64,000 nt of DNA from an uncultured Phycisphaerales bacterium (GTDB lineage Bacteria > Planctomycetota > Phycisphaerae > Tepidisphaerales > Tepidisphaeraceae), in the NCBI GenBank assembly GCA_963758525.1, contig CAVWVQ010000002.1, positions 256,001-320,000 on the forward strand, given 5' to 3'. Positions 54,394-64,000 of the stretch are shown here, one piece after another; position 1 is the stretch's first letter, and each line of letters starts with the position of its first letter. Below the pieces are notes generated by a model. It was not told where the DNA came from and did not search any database. It saw only the letters and a program-made list of their open reading frames with translations. Position numbers and translations under genes: made by a program.

Positions 54394-54484
54394 CCTTGGA
54401 TGTACATCCAGGGCTGCTGTCTCGAGTATCGCAAGGGGCTCGCACTTCCAAGGTGCTCGGCACGGGTCGGAAACCCGTGGTACT

Positions 54485-55282
54485 TCAGCGCCTGTTCGTG
54501 CTCTCAAAGATCTTGTCGGCGGACTTCTCCACAAAGCCGCTGTAGAGCCGGCCGTCGGGCATTTTGTGGCGGAGGGCAAATTCGTAATAGCAGGCGGGGA
54601 TCCGATGCGTCCCATCGGTGAAGCTTGTCTCTACCTGATCGGCCAGCGTGGAAGATTGCTCCAGATAGACCTCTGGCGAACCCTTGATCTCACCTCCGCT
54701 GGCATTGAGCTTGAACCCGTTCTCCTTGAGAAACGAGTTCAGCTCCGTCAAGTCGGCGAAGCTTTTGAGCGCGTTGACCAACACCGTGAAATGGTTTGCG
54801 CGAAACCCGAAAGCGGCCATCCACGCCCCGTATTCACTTTCGGCACGGAGCGATTCATATTCAGCCCAGGAGACGTTCCACGTTCGGCCGGCTACGGGAA
54901 AATCCCATTGCCCGGGCAGGGCCGCCGGCATCTGGTCGATCAGCCGCTTCACAGTGCCCTGCAGCCCGGCTGAAAAATCCCGCAGCTTCAGCTCACTGAT
55001 AAAAATGCGCGGGAACTTTCCGCTGGGATGCTCGAAGTGCCGGGCGTCCAATTTCTTCTCCGGGAACGAATAGTCGCCCATGGGCGCGTAGCCGCACCGA
55101 ATGAACGGCGCGGAGAGCGCTTCGAGGCCGATGCGCGGATCGTTGTAGGTGCGCAGCGCGATGTGGTCATTGACGACACGCTCGCCACGCGATTGGAGCA
55201 GGGAGTGGATCGCGGCAGCCTGGGGGTTGATGGTCCGGTAGTCGGTCCAGAGTTTTTCGAGAAGGTCATCGATCTGTGCCAT
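54485..55282 (-). CDS. DUF1338 family protein (HglS-like dioxygenase fold)
   Basis: NDHIALRT, FISEL, ESEYGAW, ANHFT, LEQSST, YYEFA and ADKIFEST. Confidence 0.85.
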   Translation of the reverse strand: MAQIDDLLEKLWTDYRTINPQAAAIHSLLQSRGERVVNDHIALRTYNDPRIGLEALSAPFIRCGYAPMGDYSFPEKKLDARHFEHPSGKFPRIFISELKLRDFSAGLQGTVKRLIDQMPAALPGQWDFPVAGRTWNVSWAEYESLRAESEYGAWMAAFGFRANHFTVLVNALKSFADLTELNSFLKENGFKLNASGGEIKGSPEVYLEQSSTLADQVETSFTDGTHRIPACYYEFALRHKMPDGRLYSGFVEKSADKIFESTNRR

Positions 55283-55419
55283 GCGTCCTCCGCGTGAAAA
55301 ATCGCACGGGATTGTATTCCGATTGCGCGACTCAATGCAGCGTCCTGTCGATTTGTGCAGATAACGAAGACCTGCGGAGCAAGCACCGCCGGCGTTGAAA
55401 TGCAGCAAACATAGATGTG

Positions 55420-56076
55420 CTACACCTTGGCGCGTTTTGCGGGGCGTTCGTTTCTGCGCCACAGATACCATGTCGCCAGGGATCTCCAGGGTCGCCATGG
55501 CTCTGCCAGGAGGGTCAGTTCCTTGGTAGTCGGGCGATGATCAAGCCCGTAGACTTCGCGCACCGCATCACGCAGGCCCAGATCGTCTACTGGCAGCACG
55601 TCCGCTCGATTGAGCACGAACATCAGAAACATTTCGGCCGTCCAACGCCCGATTCCATGCACGCGGATCAGGGCGTCGATCACCTGCTGATCGGTCATCG
55701 TCGAAAGGCGGCGCGTCGCGATCTTGCCGGCATGGAAGTGCTCGGCCAGATCGCGCAGGTATTTGGTCTTTTGACGGGACAATCCGCAGGTCTTCAGCAG
55801 GGCGGGATCGCCATCAAGCAGGCTCAGCGTGAGAAGCGGTGTCGGCCGTTTACCGGGGAACCGCTGACGAAATCTGGCAAAGAGGACCGCGGCCACCCGC
55901 GTCGATATCTGCTGTGCGTAGATCGCTTTGCAGAGGACAACAAAATAATCACGCCGCGGGCGGAGCGTGCACGGGCCGACCTTTCGGATAATTTTTCGCA
56001 GCTTCGGATCGACGCGCGCCAGGTGCCTGGCGCCGGCAGTCCAGCAGTCGTCCGCTTCCGTTTGGTCGAACCACAT
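55420..56076 (-). CDS. DNA-3-methyladenine glycosylase II (AlkA-like, HhH-GPD)
   Basis: QQIS, HGIGRWTAEMFLMF, DVLPVDDLG and WRPWRSLATWYLW. Confidence 0.9.
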   Translation of the reverse strand: MWFDQTEADDCWTAGARHLARVDPKLRKIIRKVGPCTLRPRRDYFVVLCKAIYAQQISTRVAAVLFARFRQRFPGKRPTPLLTLSLLDGDPALLKTCGLSRQKTKYLRDLAEHFHAGKIATRRLSTMTDQQVIDALIRVHGIGRWTAEMFLMFVLNRADVLPVDDLGLRDAVREVYGLDHRPTTKELTLLAEPWRPWRSLATWYLWRRNERPAKRAKV

Positions 56077-56093
56077 TCTTGCGATTCTAGGAG

Positions 56094-56264
56094 GGCAGGA
56101 TTCAGGGTTCAGGGTTCAGGGTTCAGGGAAGAATTTACGTCGGTCGCTTTACTGAACGCGGAACCCTGACACCGTTCTCGGTAGGATTCAGGATTCAGGA
56201 TCCAGGGTTAGAGTTTTATGCTCGTGGCTTTACTGAACCCTGAACCCTGACACCCTGAACCCTT
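56094..56264. repeat. Heptamer repeat palindromes (gggttca / tgaaccc)
   Basis: Tandem ttcaggg units with inverted ccctgaa units, arranged as two modules. Confidence 0.7.
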
Positions 56265-56368
56265 CACCGGCCCGCGCGATGTGGGGATATGCCCCTTGTT
56301 GGCGCGGTATGTGATAGCGCGTACAATTCAGGCGGGGAAAATCATTGCTTGGCGCTTGAGGAGACTTG

Positions 56369-56848
56369 ATGAAAGTTCCGTTGAAATTGAACTCGATCGA
56401 TCAGGAACACCTGCAGGAGTTGTATAACGCGGCGGGCGTTGCCCGCGACGAGCTGCCGTACACCGCGGCATACGATGAGATCTGCCAGGGGTTTCAGGAC
56501 CGCACGTTCAAGAACGCGGATCCGGAGCAGCTTTTCGGGGCAATCATCAAATACGTCCGCAGCAGCAGCAACTCGGCCACGGAACTTCCCGAAGGGACGA
56601 TCACGCCCGATCAGCAGAAGCAGCTCAAAGCCGTGCTTTCGCGTCACCTTGTCGGCGGAAAGATTCTGCCCTACAGCGACGAGTTCACCGTCGCCCGTAC
56701 CGAATTCACGAAAGTCTCCGGCACCGATCTGGGCGAGCAGGACTTCTGGCGGGCGATTCAGCGTTTGCACGGGTCCAAACGCCGCGCGCCCAAGCGCGTG
56801 AAGGTCGCAGCCCCCGTTGCGGTCGATGATGACGATGAGGTCGAATAG
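56369..56848 (+). CDS. Hypothetical protein with an internal repeat (LPY...)
   Basis: GAGGAG RBS; two LPY(T/S) modules. Confidence 0.65.
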   Translation: MKVPLKLNSIDQEHLQELYNAAGVARDELPYTAAYDEICQGFQDRTFKNADPEQLFGAIIKYVRSSSNSATELPEGTITPDQQKQLKAVLSRHLVGGKILPYSDEFTVARTEFTKVSGTDLGEQDFWRAIQRLHGSKRRAPKRVKVAAPVAVDDDDEVE

Positions 56849-57112
56849 CGCGTTTTTGCGACGAAGAATTTTCCCGTGGCACGGGCGTCCCGCCCGTGTC
56901 AGCGGCCCGGCAGTGGAAAAATATCCGATATTGAAGACGCTTTGTAATCTTGGCGTCGCCAGCATGGGCGGGACGCGCGGGACGCCCATGCCACGCATGC
57001 CACGGGGATATCTGCGGAAGAGCATTGCAGGGTCTGCCTTGGGGTCGCTATCATTCCCCGCTTGATTCCGCCGGGCTGTGATCGGCCCCGCCTTGAAAGG
57101 ACGTACTGCGAC

Positions 57113-59392
57113 ATGCCCGCACTTACCTGGAGAGAGAAGCTCGCCGGCCAGGTCGATCCAAACCTCACGGAAGAGATCGATGCATTTGAAGCCAAGATCG
57201 AGCTGCGCAAGCAGGGACGCCTCGACGAAAAGGTCTTTGCCGAGAGCCGATTGCGGCGCGGCGTCTATGGTCAGCGCTACGACAACGGCCAACGTCACGA
57301 CGGGATCCGCACGCAGAAACTGCAGTTCCCCCACGCCGAACTCACCAAGGGCCCCGAAACTTTCTTCGACGCCCCAGGCATGCAGCGCATCAAGATTCCG
57401 TTTGGGGGATTGACGCCGCAGCAGATGCTCGTCCTCGCTGAATGCGCCGACGAATATTCCGACGCGATCCTGCATATCACGACCCGCCAGGACGTCCAAC
57501 TCCACTACATTCACATTGAAGATACGCCCCCGATGATGCGCCGCCTTGCGGCAGTCGGCATCACTACGCGCGAGGCGTGCGGCAACTCCGTCCGCAACGT
57601 CACCGCCTGCCCGATCGCCGGCGTCTGCAACGAAGAGGCGTTTGACGTCACGCCGTATGCGAAGGCCTGCGCCTTCTATCTGCTGGGCCATCCCGATACC
57701 CAGGACTTCGGCCGCAAGTTCAAGATCGCATTCTCCGGCTGCAAGAGCAACGCCTGCGCTCTGGTGACCATTCACGACATGGGGGGCATCGCCAAGACCA
57801 AAGTCGTCGATGGCAAGACCATTCGCGGGTTCGAGCTTTACGTCGGGGGCGGATTCGGCGCGGTCCCCTATCAGGCGAAGCTGTACGACGAATTTGTTCC
57901 TGTCGAAGACCTGCTGCCGCTCTCCCGCGCCATGGCTCGCGTCTACGCCCGCCTTGGCGAAAAGAAGAACCGCAACAAGGCGCGCATCAAGTTCCTCGTC
58001 GCCAAGCTCGGCATCGAGGAGTTCAAGCGGCTGGTGCAGGAAGAATTTCAGTCGATGCCCGCCGATGATTCGTGGCGGACCTATTTCGACCAGATCGAAA
58101 AATACGACGAGCAGCCGGCTGCTGCCGCCTCTAATTTGAACGGCGCTGCCCGCCCCGCCGGGTTTGATGACTGGCACAAGACCAACGTCTATCGCCAGCG
58201 CCAGGCAGGCTATGCGACGGTGACGATTACGCTGCCGCTGGGCGATCTCTCATCCGACCAGATGCGTGCCCTGGCTGCGATGACGACGCAGTACAAGACG
58301 CCGCACGTGCGGACGACCGTCGAACAGAATCTGGTGTTTCGCTGGGTGCCTGAGGCAAAGCTGATCGACTTTTACCGCGATCTGGCCGCCATCGGGCTCG
58401 GCGAAAGCGGCGCGGGAACCATCGTGGATGTCGTTGCGTGCCCGGGAACCGACACCTGCAAGCTGGGCATCGCGTCTTCGCGCGGCCTTGCCGGCGAGTT
58501 GCGCCAACGCCTTGCGGCACAGGCGATGAACATGGACGAGGCGATTCGCAACCTGCGCGTCAAGATCAGCGGCTGCTTCAATTCCTGCGGGCAGCATCAC
58601 GTCGCCGACATCGGTTTTTACGGCAACAGCCGCAATGTGGGCGGCTACACCGTGCCGCATTTTCAGGTGGTTCTCGGCGGACAATGGTCGGAGAACGCCG
58701 CTTCCTACGGGCAGGCGATGGGCTCGGTCCCGTCGAAGCGCATCCCCGAATTTGTCGCCAGCCTGACGGAGAAGTTTGTCAGCGATCGTCAGCCGAACGA
58801 GAGTTTCCAGAAATATTGCGGGCGTCTCGGAAAGAAGTCGTTGAAGGCAATGATCGACCAATGGACCAAAGTCCCGCCGCACGACGTGGACGCGAGCTAC
58901 TACTCCGACTGGGGCGACCCGCGCGAGTTCACCATCGGTGACATGGCGATGGGCGAGTGCGCCGGCGAGATGGTCACCACCGCGGAATTCGGTTTCGCCG
59001 CCGCGGAAACGAGCAATTTCGAGGCGCAGCTCGCACTGGAAGCCGGCGACTATCGCCGGGCCGACGAACTGGCTTACAAGGCAATGATCGAAGCGGCTTC
59101 GACGATCCTCAAGACGCAGCTTCCCGATCTGCCGAAAGACAACAACACCATCGTCTCTGAATTCCGCACGCGGTTCGTCGATACGAAGCTCTTCTGGGAT
59201 CGCTTCGCGCACGGGACTTTTTCCAACTACCTGTTCGCCCGCCATGAAGCGCCGCCCGAACGTCACACGAAAGAGACGGCCCATCAGTTAACCGACCAGG
59301 CCAACCTGTTCATCGACGCGGCGCATGCCTGCTATATGAAGCTTCAATCCAACGCCGCCGCTGAATCCGTGAAGCTGCCGGTTTTACCCTGA
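57113..59392 (+). CDS. Siroheme nitrite/sulfite reductase with C-terminal extension
   Basis: GVYGQR, HITTRQDVQLH, ACGNSVRNV, RKFKIAFSGC, ACPGTDTC and SGCFNSCGQH. Confidence 0.9.
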   Translation: MPALTWREKLAGQVDPNLTEEIDAFEAKIELRKQGRLDEKVFAESRLRRGVYGQRYDNGQRHDGIRTQKLQFPHAELTKGPETFFDAPGMQRIKIPFGGLTPQQMLVLAECADEYSDAILHITTRQDVQLHYIHIEDTPPMMRRLAAVGITTREACGNSVRNVTACPIAGVCNEEAFDVTPYAKACAFYLLGHPDTQDFGRKFKIAFSGCKSNACALVTIHDMGGIAKTKVVDGKTIRGFELYVGGGFGAVPYQAKLYDEFVPVEDLLPLSRAMARVYARLGEKKNRNKARIKFLVAKLGIEEFKRLVQEEFQSMPADDSWRTYFDQIEKYDEQPAAAASNLNGAARPAGFDDWHKTNVYRQRQAGYATVTITLPLGDLSSDQMRALAAMTTQYKTPHVRTTVEQNLVFRWVPEAKLIDFYRDLAAIGLGESGAGTIVDVVACPGTDTCKLGIASSRGLAGELRQRLAAQAMNMDEAIRNLRVKISGCFNSCGQHHVADIGFYGNSRNVGGYTVPHFQVVLGGQWSENAASYGQAMGSVPSKRIPEFVASLTEKFVSDRQPNESFQKYCGRLGKKSLKAMIDQWTKVPPHDVDASYYSDWGDPREFTIGDMAMGECAGEMVTTAEFGFAAAETSNFEAQLALEAGDYRRADELAYKAMIEAASTILKTQLPDLPKDNNTIVSEFRTRFVDTKLFWDRFAHGTFSNYLFARHEAPPERHTKETAHQLTDQANLFIDAAHACYMKLQSNAAAESVKLPVLP

Positions 59393-59421
59393 CGCCATCT
59401 CGGCGCTGACAGCGAATTTCC

Positions 59422-59991
59422 ATGGACTCATCCAAGCTCGCGATCAAGTTTTTTGCCGACGACTCCTCGACGTTGAAAGCCGAGGAGCTGGTTCCCGTCT
59501 TTCACCAGTGGATTCAGACGCAGGCCGTTGCCGGACATCAGCCGATCGACGTCGCGGACTACGCGCACGTGAAGAACGGCCCGGGCGTCATGCTGATCGC
59601 CCACGAAGGTCAGTTCGGCTACGACCTTGCCGACGGTCAGCCGGGGCTGCTCTATTTGCGCATGCGGCCTCTCGACGGATCATTTGATACGCGTCTCATC
59701 GCGGTTGCCTCCGCTGCGCTCGGCGCCTGCGCCCGCATCGAACAGGCCCTTCCCGGCAAGATTCATTTCCGATCGGATCGAATCCTCTTTCGCATCAATG
59801 ACCGGCTCAACGCCCCGAATACCCCCGAAACGTTCGAGCAGATCGAGTCGCAGCTTCACGCATTTTTCTCCAAGCTCCTCGGCGGTGCGATTCGCATTGA
59901 ACACCGAGCTGATGTCACTCGTCCGTTTGAGGTACTGATCCGCGGACCCGGTGCTGCGTCGGTCGAGAAGATCCTCGCGACGCTCGTTTAG
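59422..59991 (+). CDS. Conserved hypothetical protein downstream of the reductase
   Basis: Coding-like ORF with IDVADYAHV..GPGVML and NDRLNAPN. Confidence 0.7.
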   Translation: MDSSKLAIKFFADDSSTLKAEELVPVFHQWIQTQAVAGHQPIDVADYAHVKNGPGVMLIAHEGQFGYDLADGQPGLLYLRMRPLDGSFDTRLIAVASAALGACARIEQALPGKIHFRSDRILFRINDRLNAPNTPETFEQIESQLHAFFSKLLGGAIRIEHRADVTRPFEVLIRGPGAASVEKILATLV

Positions 59992-60020
59992 GGGCAGGGT
60001 TTGAGTGCGTTGCGCACTCG

Positions 60021-60155
60021 CGTTCGAATACGCGCTCCGCTGCGCGTCGCGGCTAACCGCTGATAACGACGATCGTCCGCGTTCCGACGAAGGTGCGGTG
60101 CGCCAGAGTGAGCTTTGGGTTAGCCGCGACGCGCAGCGGAGCGCGTATTCGAACG
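60021..60155. repeat. GTTAG-type REP pair flanking the RAYT (also 60811-60942 and 63795-63959)
   Basis: gttagccgcgacgcgcagcggagcg(c/a)gtattcg in both orientations. Confidence 0.85.
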
Positions 60156-60207
60156 CAAAGCGGCGCGGTCTCACTCAAAACCCAACGATCTCGTTTAAGC
60201 TTCCAGT

Positions 60208-60783
60208 TTAGTAACAAACGCCCACCTTTGTCGCTTCTTTCCTTCCTTCAGCGGATTTGCCTCCACATATTGGATTGCGCCAGACATCGTCGGGATCAAG
60301 GAACACCTTCCACTCCCCCCGCGCAAATGCCTTTGGAGTTCTCCGACCCTCGCGCCGATATTTCGCGAGAGGATGGATTCCCTCCTTCTCCAGTTCCAAC
60401 GTCGCGGAGGCTTTGAGCTGAATCACTGTCTGTTCCACACGAAGATGCGATCTGCCGAGAACCATATGCACATGATCAGGCATGATCGAGCAAGCCCAGA
60501 CCGGAAGCCCCGATCGCGCCGCATAGAGCGCAAACCCACGGGCGACGGCCCTTGCCTGCAATCCGTTGAAGAGAACGGGCGGATATTGCAGCGCTTTCTT
60601 CGATGCTATGCGCTTGGCGCGGTCGTGCTCGCCGTAGGCGAGCGAATGCGTTTCTGCGGTCGTGGTTGCGCCCCCGTATCGAAACAAGTCCCATGACCCA
60701 ACGAAGTCGGACCATGAGCCGCGAGGGTCGTTCGGGAGCCAGAATCCGTAGGTGCTGAAGATGACGTGGTATCCGACGATCAT
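60208..60783 (-). CDS. REP-associated tyrosine transposase (RAYT, Y1 HUH); frameshift near the 3' end
   Basis: YHVIFSTYGFWLP.DPRG and IMPDHVH; the IQYVEANP segment is in another frame; flanked by REPs. Confidence 0.82.
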   Translation of the reverse strand: MIVGYHVIFSTYGFWLPNDPRGSWSDFVGSWDLFRYGGATTTAETHSLAYGEHDRAKRIASKKALQYPPVLFNGLQARAVARGFALYAARSGLPVWACSIMPDHVHMVLGRSHLRVEQTVIQLKASATLELEKEGIHPLAKYRREGRRTPKAFARGEWKVFLDPDDVWRNPICGGKSAEGRKEATKVGVCY

Positions 60784-61043
60784 GCGGGTTCATATATTAC
60801 GGTATCACGCGCACGAATACTCGCTCCGCTGCGCGTCGCGGCTAACCTTCGAGCTGGATTTTACCAAGTGCGCTGATTAGTACATGCAGTCGCTGCGTCT
60901 CTGAGGTTAGCCGCGACGCGCAGCGGAGCGAGTATTCGTGCGCCAGACGCCCGATTAACCACCTGCGCCCTTTCTTCGTCATCAGTATTTGCCCACGCGC
61001 CATTTCAACGCACCGGGGCGATCGGCCTATTATGTCATAAGAA

Positions 61044-62196
61044 ATGACTCCGTTGCACGATACGATTGCCGTTGAGCGTTCCTCCGTTCCGCAGGAAATT
61101 CCCGGCTCGCGCGTTCGCGTGGCGTTCGGAGCGGGGAATCTGCAGCATCTTGGCGAGATCGCCAAAAATGAAGGGGGCCGGCGCGTGCTGCTGGTCAGCG
61201 ATGCGGGAATCGTCGCGGCCGGGCATGTGGAGCGGGCGGTGCGATCGCTCTACCGATCGGGCGTGACCGTTCGCGTTTTCGATCTGGTGGAGGAGAACCC
61301 CACCACCGTTCACGTCGATCGCGGGCTGCGCTGTGCGAGCGATTTCAAGCCGGACATGCTCGTCGGGCTGGGCGGCGGCAGTTCGATGGACTGCGCGAAA
61401 GGGATCAACTTCCGATTCACCAACGGCGGCCAGATGCAGGACTACTGGGGCATCGACAAGGCGCACTCGCCGATGCTCCCGATGATCGCCATCCCCACAA
61501 CCTCGGGCACCGGCAGCGAAGCCCAGTCATTCGCGCTGATCACCGATCCGCAGACGCATCAGAAGATGGCCTGCGGCGACGCGCGGGCGCTGCCGCGCGT
61601 GGCGATTCTTGATCCGGAATTGACGCGGACGCAGCCACCGCGCGTGGCCGCCGCGACCGGAATTGATGCGGTTGCGCACGCGGTAGAGACCAGCGCTACA
61701 ACAAAGCGCACTGACGTGTCGCGCAGGCTTTCCCGGGCCGCTTGGCAACTGTTGAACAATTCGTACGAACGGCTGATGCGCAATCAGTCGCAGGATTGGC
61801 AGGCGCGAGGAGATGCTGCTGGGGGCGCATCTGGCCGGCGCCGCGATTGAGAACTCGATGCTCGGCGCGGCGCATGCGCTGGCCAATGGGCTGACCGCGA
61901 TGTTCGGCACGGTTCACGGCGTGGCCGTCGGACTCATGCTGCCGCACGTTGTTCGGTTCAACTCGGCCGGCGATGATCCGTATGCAGAACTCGGGCTGGA
62001 CGCCGAGTCGCTCTGCGGGCGCATCAATGCCATGCTCGACGCGGGACAACTCCCGCGAAGACTCAGTGACCTTGGCGTCGGGCCCGACAATCTCGATGAG
62101 TTGGCTGCGATCGCTGCAAAGCAATGGACCGCCACTTTTAATCCTCGGCCAGTAGACGAGGCGGCGCTGCGTTCGATCTACGACGGGGCTTTGTAG
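61044..62196 (+). CDS. Iron-containing alcohol dehydrogenase; frameshift near 61800
   Basis: GLGGGSSMDCAK, IPTTSGTGSE, DAVAHAVE, AAHALA and HGVA. Confidence 0.88.
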
Positions 62197-62327
62197 CCCG
62201 GTGCTCCGCCCTGCTCCGCAGCATTCCACATTACGCTTGCGCCTCCCTTTCCACCCTGTCACGGTCCAATCACCAATCACCACCTCCGATGGATTTCGAC
62301 GCTCCGACGCACCTATGATGCACCGTG

Positions 62328-63761
62328 ATGAGTCATCCACGCGCCGCCACAGTTGGACAATTAAAAGAGACCGGATATCAGCCTTGCTCGGTGAAGGATG
62401 AGCTGCGAAGGAACGTTATTCGCAAGCTCAGAGCCGGCGAAGAATTGTTTCCGGGCATCGTCGGGTATCGGGATTCGGTCATTCCTCAGATCATCAACGG
62501 CATTCTGTCGAAGCACGATCTGCTGTTTCTCGGCTTGCGCGGGCAGGCCAAGACGCGCATTCTGCGGCTGCTTCCCGACCTGCTCGACGAATGGATGCCG
62601 GTGCTGGCGGGGATCGAGATCAATGACGATCCGATCAAGCCCACGACCAAGTCGGGGAAACGGCTGATTGCCGAGCACGGGGACGATGCGCCGATCGAAT
62701 GGGTAAATCGGTCGGATCGCTATCATGAAAAGCTCGCGACGCCGGACGTGACCATCGCCGATCTCATCGGCGAGATCGATCTCGTGAAGCACGCCGAGGG
62801 GCGGTATCTCTCCGATGAGTCGACCATGCACTTCGGGCTGATTCCGCGCAGCAATCGAGGCATCTTCGCGATCAACGAATTGCCGGATCTGGCTCCGCGC
62901 ATCCAGGTCGGGCTCTTCAATGTTCTGGAAGAACGCGACGTGCAGATTCGCGGGTATCCGATCCGGCTCGATCTGGATGTGTGCCTGGTGTTCAGCGCCA
63001 ATCCGGAGGATTACACCAATCGCGGAAGGATCGTTACGCCGTTGAAGGACCGCATCGGCTCGGTGATTCGAACGCACTATCCGGAGTCAGCGGACGAAGG
63101 GATTGCGATCTCCCAGCAGAACGCATGGCTCGATCGCGGCAATGGCGAATCCGGAAGCGGCGTGCGCGTCGATGTGCCGCGATTCCTGTCGGAAATTGTC
63201 GAAGAGACAGTCCGCCTGGCGCGTTCGAGCCCGCACGTGAGCCAGGCGTCGGGAGTCTCGGTGCGAACCAGCATCGCGAATATGGAGACTGTGGTCAGCA
63301 ACGCCGAACGGCGCGGCATCCTGACCGGAGAGAAACGCGTCGTCCCGCGCATCTGCGATCTGAACTATCTGGTCGCTTCCTGCCGGGGAAAGATAGAAAT
63401 GACGCTTGCCGAAGAGGAGGGCGCGGAGGACAAGCTGATTCGTTCGCTGGTCGGCGAAGCCGTCAAAGCGGTCTTCGCCCGCTACGACGATCCTGAAGCC
63501 CATGAGGGAATCACCGAGCAATTCAAGGGGAATCTGACCTTCCCCGCCGGCGACGATCTGCCGGCCGAGGAATTTGTGGCGAACATGAAGACGATCAAGG
63601 GGCTTGCGCAGGCCGCCACCGTGCTGACCCGGGAGATGAAGCTGGATTCGGCTGATGCCGGCAACCTCGCTGCCGTCGGAGAATTCCTGCTGGAGGGTCT
63701 GTACGTCAACAATCGGTTGAGCAAGTTCAACGCGCGCGGAAAGACGTTTTTCAAGAAGTAG
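62328..63761 (+). CDS. AAA+ ATPase, magnesium chelatase subunit I-like
   Basis: GLRGQAKT, INELPDL and ANPEDYTNRGRIVTPLKDR. Confidence 0.85.
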   Translation: MSHPRAATVGQLKETGYQPCSVKDELRRNVIRKLRAGEELFPGIVGYRDSVIPQIINGILSKHDLLFLGLRGQAKTRILRLLPDLLDEWMPVLAGIEINDDPIKPTTKSGKRLIAEHGDDAPIEWVNRSDRYHEKLATPDVTIADLIGEIDLVKHAEGRYLSDESTMHFGLIPRSNRGIFAINELPDLAPRIQVGLFNVLEERDVQIRGYPIRLDLDVCLVFSANPEDYTNRGRIVTPLKDRIGSVIRTHYPESADEGIAISQQNAWLDRGNGESGSGVRVDVPRFLSEIVEETVRLARSSPHVSQASGVSVRTSIANMETVVSNAERRGILTGEKRVVPRICDLNYLVASCRGKIEMTLAEEEGAEDKLIRSLVGEAVKAVFARYDDPEAHEGITEQFKGNLTFPAGDDLPAEEFVANMKTIKGLAQAATVLTREMKLDSADAGNLAAVGEFLLEGLYVNNRLSKFNARGKTFFKK

Positions 63762-64000
63762 AGCGATGCGGCGCAGGCAGACCACCTCATGCCCGGTTAG
63801 CCGCGACGCGCAGCGGAGCGCGTATTCGAGCGCCTGAAACCGTAGCTCGATCTGCAAGCTTGAATGAAACGCAATGTATCCTGGATCTCGCTGCGGGTTA
63901 GCTGAGACTGCGCCCGCTTTGCATTCGAATACGCGCTCCGCTGCGCGTCGCGGCTAACCGCGGAAAATGCAAGCGCGACGGTGCCCGCAAGAGGATGCTC

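Noticed and set aside
22658..62196. Programmed frameshifting or mass pseudogenisation (glucan synthase, topA, aminotransferase, RAYT, ADH)
   Set aside because: Scattered single-base shifts, including in topA, are best explained by sequencing error; read polishing would decide
770..63857. Numerous long antisense or overlapping ORFs in the ORF track
   Set aside because: Shadow frames of real genes in high-GC DNA with no recognisable motifs

Overview
High-GC bacterial DNA, probably from a Planctomycete such as Phycisphaerae (inferred from gene content only). Many single-base frameshifts in housekeeping genes suggest an uncorrected long-read assembly. 1-9.6 kb holds a WD40 protein, an OprB-type porin and polysaccharide-degrading enzymes. 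9.6-21.8 kb is the accessory region: a minus-strand integron-style cassette array with a Pc-like promoter and possible attI but no intI. In it, single-gene cassettes alternate with six copies of a 287-bp ORF-poor mini-cassette and one 2.48-kb element with the same ends, encoding a tyrosine recombinase and an IS91-type (Y2 HUH) transposase. This looks like an attC-targeting autonomous element plus a promoter-bearing non-autonomous derivative, and a group II intron sits in one mini copy. 22.6-64 kb is mostly core: cyclic beta-1,2-glucan synthase, lysC, purA, topA, glycosyltransferases and an ABC exporter, an arginine succinyltransferase operon, a nitrite/sulfite reductase, a RAYT with its REPs, a REP-carrying MITE with 8-bp target duplications, an Fe-ADH and an AAA ATPase. 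All family assignments come from motif recognition; no database search was run.
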